A DNA stretch of 60,664 nt, counting the filler, from Trichosphaerium sp. ATCC 40318 (Eukaryota > Protista > Tubulinea): NCBI GenBank assembly GCA_038496445.1. It is 4 parts of 4 records of this genome, joined end to end, with 100 filler letters (N's around TTAATTAATTAA, not from the genome) between each part and the next. Parts side by side here need not be neighbours in the genome. Positions count along the whole stretch, not along the records: positions 34,218 to 49,864 come from JALMLS010000472.1; positions 49,965 to 60,664 come from JALMLS010000620.1; 2 more parts are not named here. The stretch is one strand, 5' to 3'. Shown in pieces: positions 39,137 through 52,900 of the stretch. A program made the position numbers and the translations under genes. The number at the start of each line of letters is the position of its first letter. Position 1 is the first letter of the stretch. Below the pieces are notes generated by a model. The model did no database searches. It worked only from the letters and a program-made list of their open reading frames with translations, and was not told the origin of the DNA.

Positions 39137-40875
39137 ATGGCAGAGCCGCAATCTTCGTCAGTTAATTTACAATATGTTAACCGTTTGGCCACTGGTTACC
39201 ACCATTCAATGGTAATCGCAGACGATGGCTTTGTTTACACGTGGGGACAAAACGATGACCGCCAATTGGGTAACACAGACGAAAGAAAGAGTTCTATCGC
39301 AAGACCAATAAAATCAGTCATAAATATCGTCTGTATTGCTGCTGGATGGAATCATAGCCTTGCACTTGATTCAAACGGTATTGTGTATGCATGGGGCCGT
39401 AATTCAAATGGTGAATTGGGTCTGGGTGACTTTGTGTCACGTGTTTCGTCACCAACACGTGTTCCAAATCTCAACAATATCACGAAAGTCTCTGCCTTTT
39501 TTGTGAGTATGGCATTATCAAAATCAGGTCATGTCTACTCTTGGGGATACAACTTCTATCAAGGATTGGGTCATTCATTCGACAATTTTCAAGTTTCATC
39601 ACCAGCGGTTATTCCAAATCTTCAAAATGTTCAAAAAATTCAAACTAATCAGTGTGTAAGTGGAGCAATGACATCAACAGGTCATGTCTTTCTTTGGGGA
39701 ACAACAAGAGATGAAGCAATAGATAAATCATTATTCTTGAATCCAAAGACAATTTCACGTGTTCCAAGTATTGATGATGCCACTGATATTGCCATTGGTC
39801 AATATCATGTACTTGTTCTCCTCAAGTCAGGACAAGTATTTTCTTTTGGATACAACTCGAATGGGTGTCTTGGGTTGGGTATTGATGACAAGTATGGCCA
39901 GGGTATCATCAAAGGACTCAATAACATCATATCTGTACATGCTGGTACATGGACATCATTTGCGATTGATGATGAAGGTTGTTTGTTTGGTTGGGGTTTT
40001 GGGAAATGGATTGATTCGTTCAGATCAAACAAACCATTAAAATTACCTGGAAAATATCTTGAGTTTGCCAATAAACAAGGAAATTACTTGGCAATATCTC
40101 ATGACTTTCAGTTGGTCACAGGTGGAAATAATGATTATGGTAAATCAACACCACAAAAGTTGACATTCAACAATCACCAAAAGGTACTTTGTAATCTCAT
40201 TCATCTTTCTGTCTATTTGACAAGTCATTAGCAAACAAACAAAGGTACTTGCGAAGCCGAAGACAATGACATGAAAGCAATGAATGCAGAGTTAAAAGAA
40301 GACAGAAAAGATAAGTACTTGTCAAAAGCTGTGGTTGAGCCCAATCGTGACTACACCAAGTTTGGAGATGCTCCTGATCACCTTGATATCATTCAAGATG
40401 CCCTTGAAGCCTTTAAAATACACCAAAATCGAGATGAATACATCAACAATGTAAGTATCAGAAAATAAGCGATACCTATCTCACATGGTATTTTAGGTTG
40501 ACAATCCTCGCTTGCCACTTGATGTAGACACCTCAATTGTATCTGAACAATCATGGAATGACAAGCCTCATGTTTCAGTCGCTCACACAAAGGTGTCTTG
40601 TTTTAATTTAATTTTCTTCACATTTAATTTTGTTCGTTTAGTCGGAGTTCTGTCCACCTCAAGAGAATCAATCAATCGCTACTCCCAAATATGATTGGAA
40701 GTCAACATTGGCGAGGTTGGGTATTTCAAGTGCAAGAGCACAAGAACTTGGATCGTTGATGAATGAATCAGGTATCAAACCTGGAGACATCACCTCAGAT
40801 GTATTAGAAGAGCTTGAATTCAATCCAATTGAACGTATCAAGGTCATCAAAGCAAAGCGCAAAAATGCTCTATAA
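39137..40875 (+). CDS. RCC1/BLIP-II beta-propeller protein with C-terminal SAM-like domain, copy A
   Basis: Exon 1 (39137-40183) has about seven RCC1 blades (AGWNHSLAL...VYAWGRN..G.LG); last exon WKSTLARLGI...LEELEFNPIERIKVIKA has a SAM-like pattern (inferred). Confidence 0.85.
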
Positions 40876-42418
40876 ATCGATGAAGCGCATATCTTAAGCC
40901 TCCTCAATGATGAATACACCAAAAACAATCGAATATTAACAATTGGTTTTGTAATAGTTTAGATGTCTTACAATAAATACTAGCTTGTTTTGAACAGAAC
41001 AATGACATTATATTAACACATTGAGGGTCACATAGAGAACTTTTTGCTGAGCAGATTGAAAACTAAAAAAAAACCGTCAGTGTGGTTCACAAATGTACGC
41101 TAGAAACTTTATATTACGGCTACAAGTAGACATAGTTATGTAAAACATACTACAAACATACTGGTAACCAAAAACTATCACATGGCTGTAAATTCGTAAA
41201 AAACTGAAAAACGAATGTGCTTGTTTTTGATAATTTTCATTCGAATGGTAAACAGTTTCTGAAAGCCAAAATCACTTTTCAATGGTGCCTTACTATACAT
41301 ACAGTATCTTACATTATGTTACAAAGCTCCTGGGTTCAACTACGGATTTCAACATAAAATATGGCAGAACGCGACCGCCTGTTTCTAAGGCAACGGAAAT
41401 ACATTTCTCTGTATCTAGAAAGGGTGGTACCAAAGTTTCAAAACAGGGCTTGCTGGTCTACCTTATCTTTACACAAATACTCACCAAAGTATAGTACACG
41501 CGATTATACGCGTAGAAAAGAACAATAAGAAGAACTTTTCTTGTTTATTCCAGTCAGTCGTATCCACAGCGCTCAAATACGTTTATTAAATCCATTACAA
41601 CCTATTTAGTACTGTAGTGACCTGCAAGAGTAAACAAGTGGTAGTGGTTCACGGAAAGTATGTTTTACAGTTTTTTCAAGCCAAAAAATGTGCCGAGAAA
41701 GTTCTCGGATCAGGTGCAATTATTGTACACTCTACGTTTACCCAGTGTGTTCTAAACGCATTTTACATGCAAGATATACTTATCGACTACCTAGTAAAAA
41801 GCTCTACACTCAGTCAATTGACTTGTGATAAGAAATGTTAACTAGGGACAGTGACATTCACATTTACCTTTGAGAATATTGGGTAAAACACTAGGCTTTG
41901 GACTTATGTATCAAACACTAACGAAGTCAAAGCCATTGAGAGCATATAAAACGTAAAAAAAGCATGTGGTGCCATGGTACAACATCAACAAAATCACACA
42001 TTTTTAAACGGTTTAGCTGATTTCAGATTTTGTTGCTGAGTTTCTTAGCCGTCAGTTAACCAGCTACAGATTTTTATAGCTGGCTTAGTTGGTACTGGAC
42101 CACGACCAACTCTATTTGTAAACATTGCGCCATACAATATCACCAATAAACAACTATTGCTATTGACTTCAATTTTTTTTCATTTTTTCATTTTTAGTAG
42201 TTTACAGTTTTCTCAACATCGTAGTGCTCCGTTAATTACGCTATTTCTCCAAAAACCCCAGCACTACAGTATCGCTTACACTTGATATCCCATACATACG
42301 TCACGTGATATCAAGTGACTTATACTGATATTTTCATTTTCTACTATCCGAAGTAATTTATTGTACTTTATTTAGGATGCTTCATACTATCGCAGTAAAA
42401 CGAGATACTTGTCACCTA

Positions 42419-43240
42419 TTACACCTCCCACCCAAGATTTAGCTCGATATTATAGATTTGACGCATCAGTATCAGTGTACCTATGCTATCCACTGCTTCC
42501 AAAGCGTACTGCAATGAGCACAAGGTACAATAAAGAGTTGAAAAAGCATGGAAAATGGCTTCGACCCTAAAAAAGAAGTCAGTAACTGAGAAAAAAAAAA
42601 CCACTACAACACACAAGAGCACGTACACAATCATAGACAACTTTGAGGAGGTTCTTCTCTGGGTCTACTTTTTCATCTGCACCGCAAGGGTAGATTATTG
42701 GAGCGCCCTTATCGTTACAGATAACCTTACGAATACCTGTGAAGCTGATTTTTCCAGAATCTGTTTTTGGGCATTTCATGACCTTTCTCTCATCTCCATT
42801 GGCATAGTGAATGTAGCACAATTTTGTAGCGAATGGCATGGTATCATGGTTAACCTTCATTAGGAGTCCACGACCCATACTGAAACTGACCTATCAACAA
42901 AAGATAAGATACAAAGAAACTTAAACTCCAAGCAACTTTGTAACGTACACATTGGACAGAGAAGGCCATCAGCAACAACAACCTTCAAGATTTTTGTGAC
43001 AATTGCATAGTTGATACCATCACCTTGAATTACGTTGTATCTACATAGTAAAACAAAATCGTCAGTAAAGATCAAAATGAGAAAAAAAAAAGATATGCTT
43101 ACCCTTTTTACAACCTTGTTACCCCTTTGAGTTAGTTTCAAATCCGCCAGTCTTAGCACCTGCCTTCAAACCAGCAACAACACAGTCTTTTGGATCACTA
43201 GAATCTAGGCAAATAACCATGATTGAGTTACCACGCTCCT
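42419..43240 (-). pseudogene. NAMPT: Nicotinamide phosphoribosyltransferase C-terminal fragment, degenerate
   Basis: VICLDSSDP (for VIRPDSGDP), TNSKGNKV, VIQGDGINY, GMGRGLLMKVNHDTMPFATK, PKTDSGKIS; no N-terminal half recognised upstream. Confidence 0.75.
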
Positions 43241-43854
43241 AAAGGGCTGTGAGAAAAGAAAATACTCGTCGAATAAAAAAAAAACAAAAAAAAAAAAAAC
43301 AGTTTCAATCTGTGCATTATAAAATTGCTCGTGTTTAGCTTTACAATCTTCACGTGGGTAGGTTCATTTTGTTAGATGCAAAGTTGAGTTTCGCGTTCTT
43401 TTTGTGGATGTAGCACTCAAAAGTACTTGCCAAGACAAAGACAATCGTTTAAATAGGCGCAGGAACAGGCGTTTTCACGTGTTTACTTGGTAATTGGCCT
43501 TACAAACGCCCACGTACCATAATTGATGTTTATTTAGTTCCAACGAACGCTAAAATTATCGCTGTTGAGCCTGTTGAAGGTACGAGTATCTAGTGAGGTG
43601 GTTTAAACCAACATCTATGTACCTATGTTTTTATGTCGCTTTGATATCCTCTAACGCTATTAGACAATGAAGTACATAACGTAAAAAGGGTTGAAGCGAT
43701 TCGGTTTTAGAATTCTAAGAGTATCAATGCTACCCCTTATTGTAATGTAGTAACTCATCTGCGGCAGGTTTAAAACCTACCATAAGAAATGGCGTCAAGC
43801 TTAGTAGTTCAAAAGCCAACGAATATTGAGCACGTCACGTAACCTAACGTTTTA

Positions 43855-45892
43855 ATGGCAGAGCCGCAATCTTCGTCGGGTAATTTACAATATGTTAACC
43901 GTTTGGCCACTGGTTACGCACATTCAATGGTAATCGCAGACGATGGCTTTGTTTACACGTGGGGACTAAACGAGTACCGCCAATTGGGTAACACAGACGA
44001 AAAAAAGAGTTCTATCGCAAGACCAATAAAATCAGTCATAAATATCGTCTGTATTGCTGCTGGATGGCTTCATAGCCTTGCAGTTGATTCAAACGGTATT
44101 GTGTATGCATGGGGCTGTAATTCAGATGGTAAATTGGGTCTGGGTGACTTTGCGTCACCTGTTTCGTCACCAACACGTGTTCCAAATCTCAACAATATCA
44201 CGAAAGTCTCTGCCTATGAAGTGAGTATGGCATTATCAAAATCAGGTCATGTCTACTCTTGGGGAGACAACAGATGGGATGGATTGGGTCATTCATTCGA
44301 CAATTTGCAAGTTTCATCACCAGCGGTTATTCCAAATCTTCAAAATGTTCAAAAAATTCAAACTAACTCGTATGTAAGTGGAGCAATGACATCAACAGGT
44401 CATGTCTTTCTTTGGGGAACAACTAAAGATATCTGGGAAACAACAAAAGACGAAGCAAGAGATAAATCATTATTCTTGAATCCAAAGACAATTTCACGTG
44501 TTCCAAGTATTGATGATGCCACTGATATTGCCATTGGTGATTGGCATGTACTTGTTCTCCTCAAGTCAGGACAAGTATTTTCTTTTGGACACAACCACAA
44601 TGGGTGTCTTGGGTTGGGTATTGATGACGATTATGGCCAGGGTATCATCAAAGGACTCAATAACATTAAATCTGTCCATGCTGGTTACTATACATCATTT
44701 GCGATTGATGATGAAGGTTGTTTGTTTGGTTGGGGTCAAGGAAAACTTATTGATTCGTTCAAATCAAACAAACCATTAAAATTACCTGGAAAATATCTTG
44801 AGTTTGCCACTAAACAATATCATTACTTGGCAATATCTCATGACTTTCAGTTGGTCACAGGTGGTAGTAACTATTGTGGTCAATCAACACCACAAAAGTT
44901 AACATTCAACAATCACCAAAAGGTACTTTGTAATCTCATTCATCTTTCTGTATTTGACAAGTCATTAGCAAACAAACAATACAATCGACACTCAACAATT
45001 GGATGAACAGCCAATCAACAAGTCATCGATCAAAGTACATCCATCCGAAGAGATGTACATGTCAAATAAGGCCATTCGAGATGTACCTCAGAAATTTGGA
45101 CAAACAGAACAAGATCTTCAGATTCTCGAAAATGCTCGTCATCTCATTCAATCCAAACAGCAAAGTAAGTGCTCATCACTATTCTTATGTTTTGTAACTC
45201 TTTTATACTTTAAGGACAAGAAGCCTCTATTGATTCAATCAACTACAATCCACCCACCAATGAATCAAATCAACATCCACCTTTAATCGATGTTGATGAG
45301 TTTGTATCAAGACAATCATGGGTTCAAGATAAGTTTGAAACGATCAACCTTGGCAACGTACAACCAAGATATTTCATTTAACACATATTTATTTACGTCA
45401 ATGTTAAGGATGCTTCTTCCGATTCAATTGGAGCCAAGTCTACCTCTTCGCACTTCAATGGCGATTCATCCATAAAGAACCCTTCTCAACCTTCTGTTGA
45501 TGTAGATGACCTTGTTTCACAACAGTACTGGAAGAACAAGATTGAATCTATTAATATTGATAAGAGAGATGTATCAATACCAGTTGTACCTGAAACAGTA
45601 GACATTGGCAACGTACGACTCTTTCTCTCAGGAGCGATACATCACCTAACTTTTATTGCAGCCTTCAGCATCAGCTCCAGTTGTACCAGAACAACCGTTG
45701 AGAGGGAAAGTTGAATGGGTGAATATCTTGATATTGGCAGGGATTGAGAGATCAAGAGCTCAAACACTTGGATCAATGTTGGATGAAGCATGTATTGAGA
45801 TACAAGAGTTAAAAGGAGAAATAATGAAAGTGTTTGATTTTACAGCAATTGAGCGTGCAAAAGTTATCAAGTATAAAAAAGACCATTGTTAA
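43855..45892 (+). CDS. RCC1/BLIP-II beta-propeller protein with C-terminal SAM-like domain, copy B
   Basis: Exon 1 (43855-44922) is near-identical in scaffold to copy A; middle exons differ; tail WVNILILAGIERSRAQTLGSML...FTAIERAKVIKY. Confidence 0.85.
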
Positions 45893-46552
45893 ATCAATAA
45901 TAAATAGTAGTTTACAAAAAAAACGTGTTTATTCTCATTTCTGCTGATTCATGTCGATCACATCTCAACAAGTTCCACTTGTGTACACTGCGTATTTGTG
46001 CTTATTAAGTAGTGAAGGGGTGTTGGAGGCAACTATGGCTATTCTTGAAGGTTTCTTTTAATTATCTTTCGACTGGGAGTCACATTCACAAGTCGCTACA
46101 ATTGAGCTCACAAGTGGAATGCAAAATGTAACTTCTTTATCAGCTCAAGCGATTTCGTCCTTTTTGGCACATGATGACTTTTTTTTTAATTACTATTGGA
46201 TGTATTCTTGGCGTTATATTGTTGATTGGCCTAATCTGTATGTCACGTTTTTTGTTGTTGCCTTTTTTTTTTCTGAAAACGACGCGGTCGTCAGACAGGG
46301 TGACTCAACATTAGACAGGTTTGGGCTTGAAAAGGTACAAAGTCCAAGACGCTATGCCACGTGTTTTAATAGTTATTTTCGCACGTAAATCTAAACATAA
46401 ACAGTACACTACGGTTCAATAAAAAGTGAAATAATAAAGTTGTCTACCAAGCAAGAGAACTTTTAAATTAATTGGTTCTACATCTAATAAATGTGACTTT
46501 TTTTTTTTTGGTGTGATATTGTGCTTTCTACCTAAGTTTGTCCGTGACATAC

Positions 46553-49500
46553 TCAAAATCCAGGTACCCTTTCAGTAACAGGTGAACATCTATTTGAAGA
46601 TCCTGGACATGTCGCTTCAATGTAACACTTCCACAAGCCTGACTGCCTAAAGAATTTGTTTAGATGAGTTTTTTTTCTTTTTTCTTGTGGTTTGAATTAA
46701 CCTTACCTCAACAATTCTACAGTTCCCTTCCTGAAAACAGAGCTTGCATTAGGGTAACTTGTTTTATCTCTGAATTTAAATAACAGAAGACCAGCATTGC
46801 TATCCCAATGCCAAGCAAGAGAATCAGGAGAAGACCAAACCTGCAAACACAAAATTGTTCAGTTTTCACAAACGCTAGTTTTTGTTGTTTAACTGGTACC
46901 TGACTTGCAGAGTTTACCCTACGTCCATTGAATCGTGCTGTGTTACCATTCTCTTTACAATAAACAGTAAAACTTGATGATCTCGGATAATGAAATCCAG
47001 TAACAAGACCTTCTTCATTAGAACGATACCAAATGCGACCATCGATTATCAACTTTTTTGGTGTACCATCTTTATACCAAAAATGCCATCCTATATTTTT
47101 CTCAAGAGGTCCACAAACGCCTTGCAAAGTTAGAGCAGACTAAAATCCATAGTATGGTAAGTATTGTACCTGTGTTTGGTGTGATGATAACACTTCTCTT
47201 TGAATTGATTTTAGAGCCAAACAAAGACGCTTTTCCGATGTGATATGTTGTACCTGTAAATAGACGTTAACCAATTCTCATTACATTAGAACTATTGTTT
47301 TCTATTACCAGCTTGTCCGTTCTGATCTACAGCAGGTAAATCATTGTCCATTATACCAGGTGATTCAACATTAAGCCATCCAACTCTTCTAACATTATTT
47401 GGGTCTTCACAATACCACACGTTCAAAGTTGAGTGTAAGTTACAGTTTGCACCGAAGTTCCACCAATCATTAGTGTATCCAGACGCTGAACCCCATATAG
47501 TTCTCTACCATACACAATAAGAAACGGACAGAGAAGTAAAGTAATAACAACAAGAAAACAATTTTCAATTTATACGTACTTTGTTGTTACCAATGATAGT
47601 TCCATCCCAATCCACAAGATTCCAATATCGCCAAGCGTTATTGTTCTTCTCGACTGTAATACGTGGGTGAAATCTAAAGCGTACAGGAGAGTTGATAAAC
47701 TTCATATTAGACTGCGCACTAATCCCCTAAAACACAAAGAAAGTTAAAAATAAAACCAACTGTCATCTTAAAGTCGAACCTGAGGCGTGAAAAAGTCGCT
47801 GTGCGTTAGAGAGTCAATGGCGTATCCAGTTATAGAAGGGTTTCTATGGAATCAAAGGTAAGATAAAATGTCAAATATACTAAGGTGCCTTGGGTGTTTG
47901 TTGTAATTCACCATTGTACAATCTAATAGTATTGCTTGGCTTGATGTATCATAGTACCGAAACCCTTCAGTTGTATCGCTGTTTTTATAATACACGGCAA
48001 CATTAATATTATCAGTGTATTGTTGAATGATAGCGTGATTAATGAGACCTTCACCAAAGAGCATACCAGCTAACAGAAAGCGTCAACAAAAAAAAACTTG
48101 CAAATCAAAAAAAAAGTTGTACCTCGTCGAATGTCATACGCTTCATAGTTGATCACTTCTGGCCTCATTCCCCAATGATTAATACCCATATTAGAAGCCC
48201 AAATGCGTGTATTTCTGAATATCATAGATACTTGATTATTTGTGACTCCATCACGTGAAACTCTTCCTTTTCTTCCTGTAAAATACCTCAAAGTATTGCT
48301 ATTCCCAACATAACTCAAGTCCCCTCCGACATAGACACATGCTACATTCTCCCAGAATGTACCTGATGAATGACATTCATTACCATCAAACTCTTTGAGT
48401 GGTCTTCGCATAGGTCTTTCGTTAACATTTCTGTGATTTCCAATCGGTTTTTCGAAGTTTGGAAACGTGAATCCAGCGAAACCTCCGCTAGCGCTGTTAC
48501 CAATGATTGTATTCCATGCATTAGAGAAGTAAAAAGCAGACGCGGCAATATCGGCAGGTTGTATGAGGTTTGAATGACCATCAACTGTTGTACCAGCTTG
48601 ACCTGTTCCAAGAAGCCAGTTTCCATTTTGAGCTGTCTTAAAAAAGATGTTAGCACTTCGTTCTAAAAACTTAAAATATCTTGTTGTTTGAACTACTTTA
48701 GTGCTAACAATCGACTTTATTATGGGTTGTAAAATTAATGAATAACGCAGTCATAGACATAGTTGGTAAGGCATAAAGTGGCTTTTTGTTTCAAACAAAA
48801 AAAAAACAGGATAAAAAACGCAACTGGTGGAGAAATGAGTCTAATGAAAGCGCCCAGGTTGTATGATATTGTATTATCCTCTTCTACGCCATCCTCAATA
48901 TAGAAACAATGACCGTTAGTATCATATGCAACATTCTCGGTTACAAGAACATTGTTTGTTCCTACATCTTTTTAGTTTCCAAGACAACAAATATGACTTC
49001 CTTACCGTGAATGGTTATGCATCTGAAGTACGAGAATGTGATAGAATTGTCAGAAAAGTAGCTATTAGATGGCGTCCCAGCCATGTGCCTGTAAAATAAC
49101 ACTTGTCAATCTTTCTGCAAGACAGTATAGAGATACGCACATATGCAAAGGATAGCGTGCTATGTGATTGAGTTGACCAAACCTTATTGTTCTGACGCCG
49201 GATATTCTTCCTTCGTTTGAAATAAGCACGTGGCCACCGTATTTATCTCCATCAGAAGAAGCATGTGATTCCAGGACAATCTTCCTAGACAACAAACCAA
49301 CCTAACAAAGCAGTTAAGGTTTGTTTTTTAATCTTTGGTTACGGACCTCGGCCTGATATTCTTTTCCAGCGTAATGGTAGTATTTTAAAGGTTCATTAAC
49401 TTGTATACGATTGTTACTCACTTTCGTTAGTGTTCGTATTTCGTTTTCAGTGTAGCGAATATTATCAACATAAGTAGATGTGATAAAAACAACTTCTTGA

Positions 49501-49864
49501 CCAACTTCCCAGTTTACATTCTGTTGAAGAACCACCTTAATATCACCAGGATATACTACAAGTATTATAGTTAAGAGCCAAAATTGTAAATCAAATGTTT
49601 AGATGCATCTAAAGGTACCTGTTCTAGCAAGGCGAGTCCAGGTCGGAAAGTAACGTTTTCCGTGAATATCAATTTCGCCATTTCCATAAACACCAATTCC
49701 CTTTCTAGACATTGCTGTTAGATGCTATGGCATTGTTTCTGAAGAAATTTACTTCAAAATACGCACGTGATAATATTAGGATTAAAAGAAGAAGGCTTTG
49801 AACCATGGAAGATAATACGGATGTTGCTGTTGAGACGACAAGTTGGAGATCCGATTCTCAATTG
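46553..49864 (-). CDS. G8-domain / parallel beta-helix protein (CEMIP/PKHD1L-like architecture); 5' end lost in gap
   Basis: IGSPTCRLNSNIRIIFHG, IDIHGKRYFPTWTRLART, NWEVGQEVV, YQAEVGLLSRKI, GQLNHIARYPLH, RCITIHG, GHCFYIEDGVEEDN. Confidence 0.8.
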
Positions 49865-49964
49865 NNNNNNNNNNNNNNNNNNNNNNNNNNNNNNNNNNNN
49901 NNNNNNNNTTAATTAATTAANNNNNNNNNNNNNNNNNNNNNNNNNNNNNNNNNNNNNNNNNNNN
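49865..49964. other. Assembly gap with six-frame-stop linker
   Basis: N-run, TTAATTAATTAA, N-run. Confidence 0.95.
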
Positions 49965-52900
49965 GGAGTTTTCAGCACTCTTCTGCCTCTTCTTTGTTTC
50001 CTTGGTGGCAAATCAGCTCTCTCTACCAGTTGTTCAGTTATGATTTCTTCTTCTCCTCCTTCTTCTTCTTCATCATCATCACTTTCTTCTTCTTTACCTT
50101 TCTTATTATCTTCCTCCTCCTCTTCTTTGCTCTCTTCATCATCTTCACTCAACTGGGTCAAATCTATTTTACCAGCTACAAAAAAAAACTCCAAGTAAGT
50201 CATGTGAAGTTTGCGTAAAAAATGCTATATTTCGAACAGGAAAAATACGTGTCGGCGACCGACCGCGAGCTCGCGGTCACGTTCGAACACAGAAAATGTG
50301 TGTTAAAAAATCGGCGAAAGGAAAAAATTAATATAAAACTTGCCTTTGATCAAGGTGTCACCAGACTTTGATTCAGGATCAATAACCAAGGTGAGGTGCA
50401 ATCTTCCATCCACTTTTTTAATCAAAGTAGGCATAGACAACAATTGGAGCATCTCTTCAGTCTTTGCCTTGTAAAATTTTTGCAACAACCCCTTTCTCAA
50501 AGCCAAACTTCTTCTCCTCTTGGTTCTTGGAGTTAGAGGTTGAGTGGATTGAGAGCCATATTGAGAGGAAGAGGCAGCAGGCTTCTCAGAAGAAGATTCA
50601 CCATTGTTGGATGGTGCAAGTGCTAAGTAAGAACAACATGAGTACTGAGTTATGTCAAAAACAAAAAAAAACAAAAAAAAAAAAACCCTCCGAGCTATTT
50701 TTCAACAGGTAAAACGCGTGTCGGAAACTGACCGCGAGCTTGCGGTCTAATGCGAACACGGAAAATATGTGTTTGCATTTAACGTACCTCGTTTTAGTCT
50801 CTGACTGCTTCTTGTGGTCATCTTTGTTGGTCCTGACCTTTTATTTACATCACGTTTTGATGTAGAAGGCTGTGGTTTATCAGAATCTAAATAACATCAA
50901 CTGGTACATTGGTTTATGAAGAAAAAAAAAAAAATGAAAAAAAAAAGAAAGGAAAAACCAACACATCGCGATCGTGTTCGTACCGAGTACGATCGGTCTG
51001 TGAGTTACTACACTTTCAAACCAAGGCTCACTTGATTTTTTGAACAACCCATGTGCTCTGCTGCTTCTTCTTGGTCTTTTTTGCAGCTGGATTTCTTCTG
51101 AAACCTCATCCTCATCACCATCCTCACATCCTCATCTTCTTTTTTCTTCAAAATCTTCTTCTTCATCTGATGTAGGAGGAGTTGTTTTAACCATAGGCTT
51201 CTTTTTCTTGCCTTTGCCTTTACCTTTTTTTTTATGCCTGTTTATGGCACTGCCTTCACTTGCCCTTGCATTGGCAGTGTTCTTGGCCCTTGTATCTCTA
51301 AAAGGTAAGTAGGCATTCTCCAACATGGCTTCTAACTGAGGAGCTACAAAGGACATTAGTTTAAAAAGTAAACTAGGGAGAGAAAAAAAAAAAAAAAAAG
51401 AAAAAGAAAAGAGTACGACCGCTACGTTCGACGAACAGGCGATTCGCGTGTAGCACCGAGCGCGACATTGGATGTATAGTGTAAAAAAAAAAATGGCACT
51501 TACTTGCTTCTTCCACCTCAGGCAAATCCAAGCACTGCATAGACAACAGAGCAGTGTGAGAGAAGGAGAGCACATCTGCTGCTTGCTTGTACTTCATTTC
51601 TTCTATAACCATTTTGGGCAATTTTTGGCCATCTTCTGTGGTGCCGGTCCAAAGCAAGTGCAGGTCGTACATCAAAAGCTGGCGAAATATACACGGACGC
51701 AGGCTGTTCGCGAAATTCACGTGCTCCTCCTCGGTGCTCGTGTCCCACGAGAGCTCGTACCAACCGAGCTCGTTCAGCTGTTTCAAGGCCTCGAGTTAAA
51801 GTTAGATGACGGTGGAGGGAGAAGAAGAAAAAAAAAAACAACAAAAAAAAAAAACTGACCGATTGGTTTTTTTTTTTTTTTGTACCTGTGTGATATATTG
51901 GCTGCAGTTCTTGTACCTCTGCAAATAATAGGATTGATTGGTCTCATGATGATACACCCTGCAGGTCAGTGCCTTGACAAACTAAATGTACAAGTTTAGA
52001 CACAAACCCTTTTTTCAAAAAAACAATATAAAAGGTACTTGACTTACTGCTATTCTGGCATGGAGAGGTAACTCTGCCCATGCAGCATGAGCCAATATTC
52101 TAGTCCTGTAGCCCACTGGATGTTTGGTGTGTGCTATGATGAGAGTGTGAGTGAATGGCGAAACTTTGTACGACACACAAAATGCGTGTTCGAATCCGAC
52201 CGCGAGCTCGCGGTCCGTACTTCGACACGTGAAATGCGTGTTCTAATAAAGACGAAAGCCTACGTACCACATTTTCAGCAGATGCAACCAATTCTGCTAT
52301 CAGAGCACTGTCCAATGGCTCAAAAAACATGCCAGCCTTAACAAACTGCTTGCTTTCTTTCCAGTTGGTCACATATGGAAAGTATAGATTCATCTTAACC
52401 AAAAACTAAACAAAACAATCAGTTATAACATACAAATAAAAAAAAAACAAACTAAAAATCGTCGGTTTTACAACAGAGTATTTTAATGTTCGCACGTGAC
52501 CGCGAGCTCGCGGTACGATATACGACACGCGAAACCTCTGTTTAAAAATACTTGCGAAAAAAAAAAAAAAAAAAAAAAAGATTAAAATAAAAAAAAAAAC
52601 AACCCTCACCTCTTTCCATTGAGCAGGACTGAGCTGAGGTTTGACTCTGCTGGCTCCCCATATCGCAAAATTCACCTTACCTATATCTCCCGCCTCCGCT
52701 TGGTAATCGAAGACCTGGCCCGCGTCGTCGCACCACATCTTGAACAGGTGGCGGTAGCGATCCACCTTGGAGTCTGGAGTGGTCAGACTTTGCAGAAAGT
52801 TGATCTTGGTGCAGTAGATCGCTATCGCTTGCATCTTGGCGAAAGGATTTATCCACTCCACATTTTTGATTGCAAATTTGCAGGTTGTAGCTGCATTTTG

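Noticed and set aside
39137-44922. Diversity-generating retroelement behind the RCC1 variation
   Set aside because: Changes are not adenine-specific, both copies are coding, and the only RT in the window is Gypsy-type.
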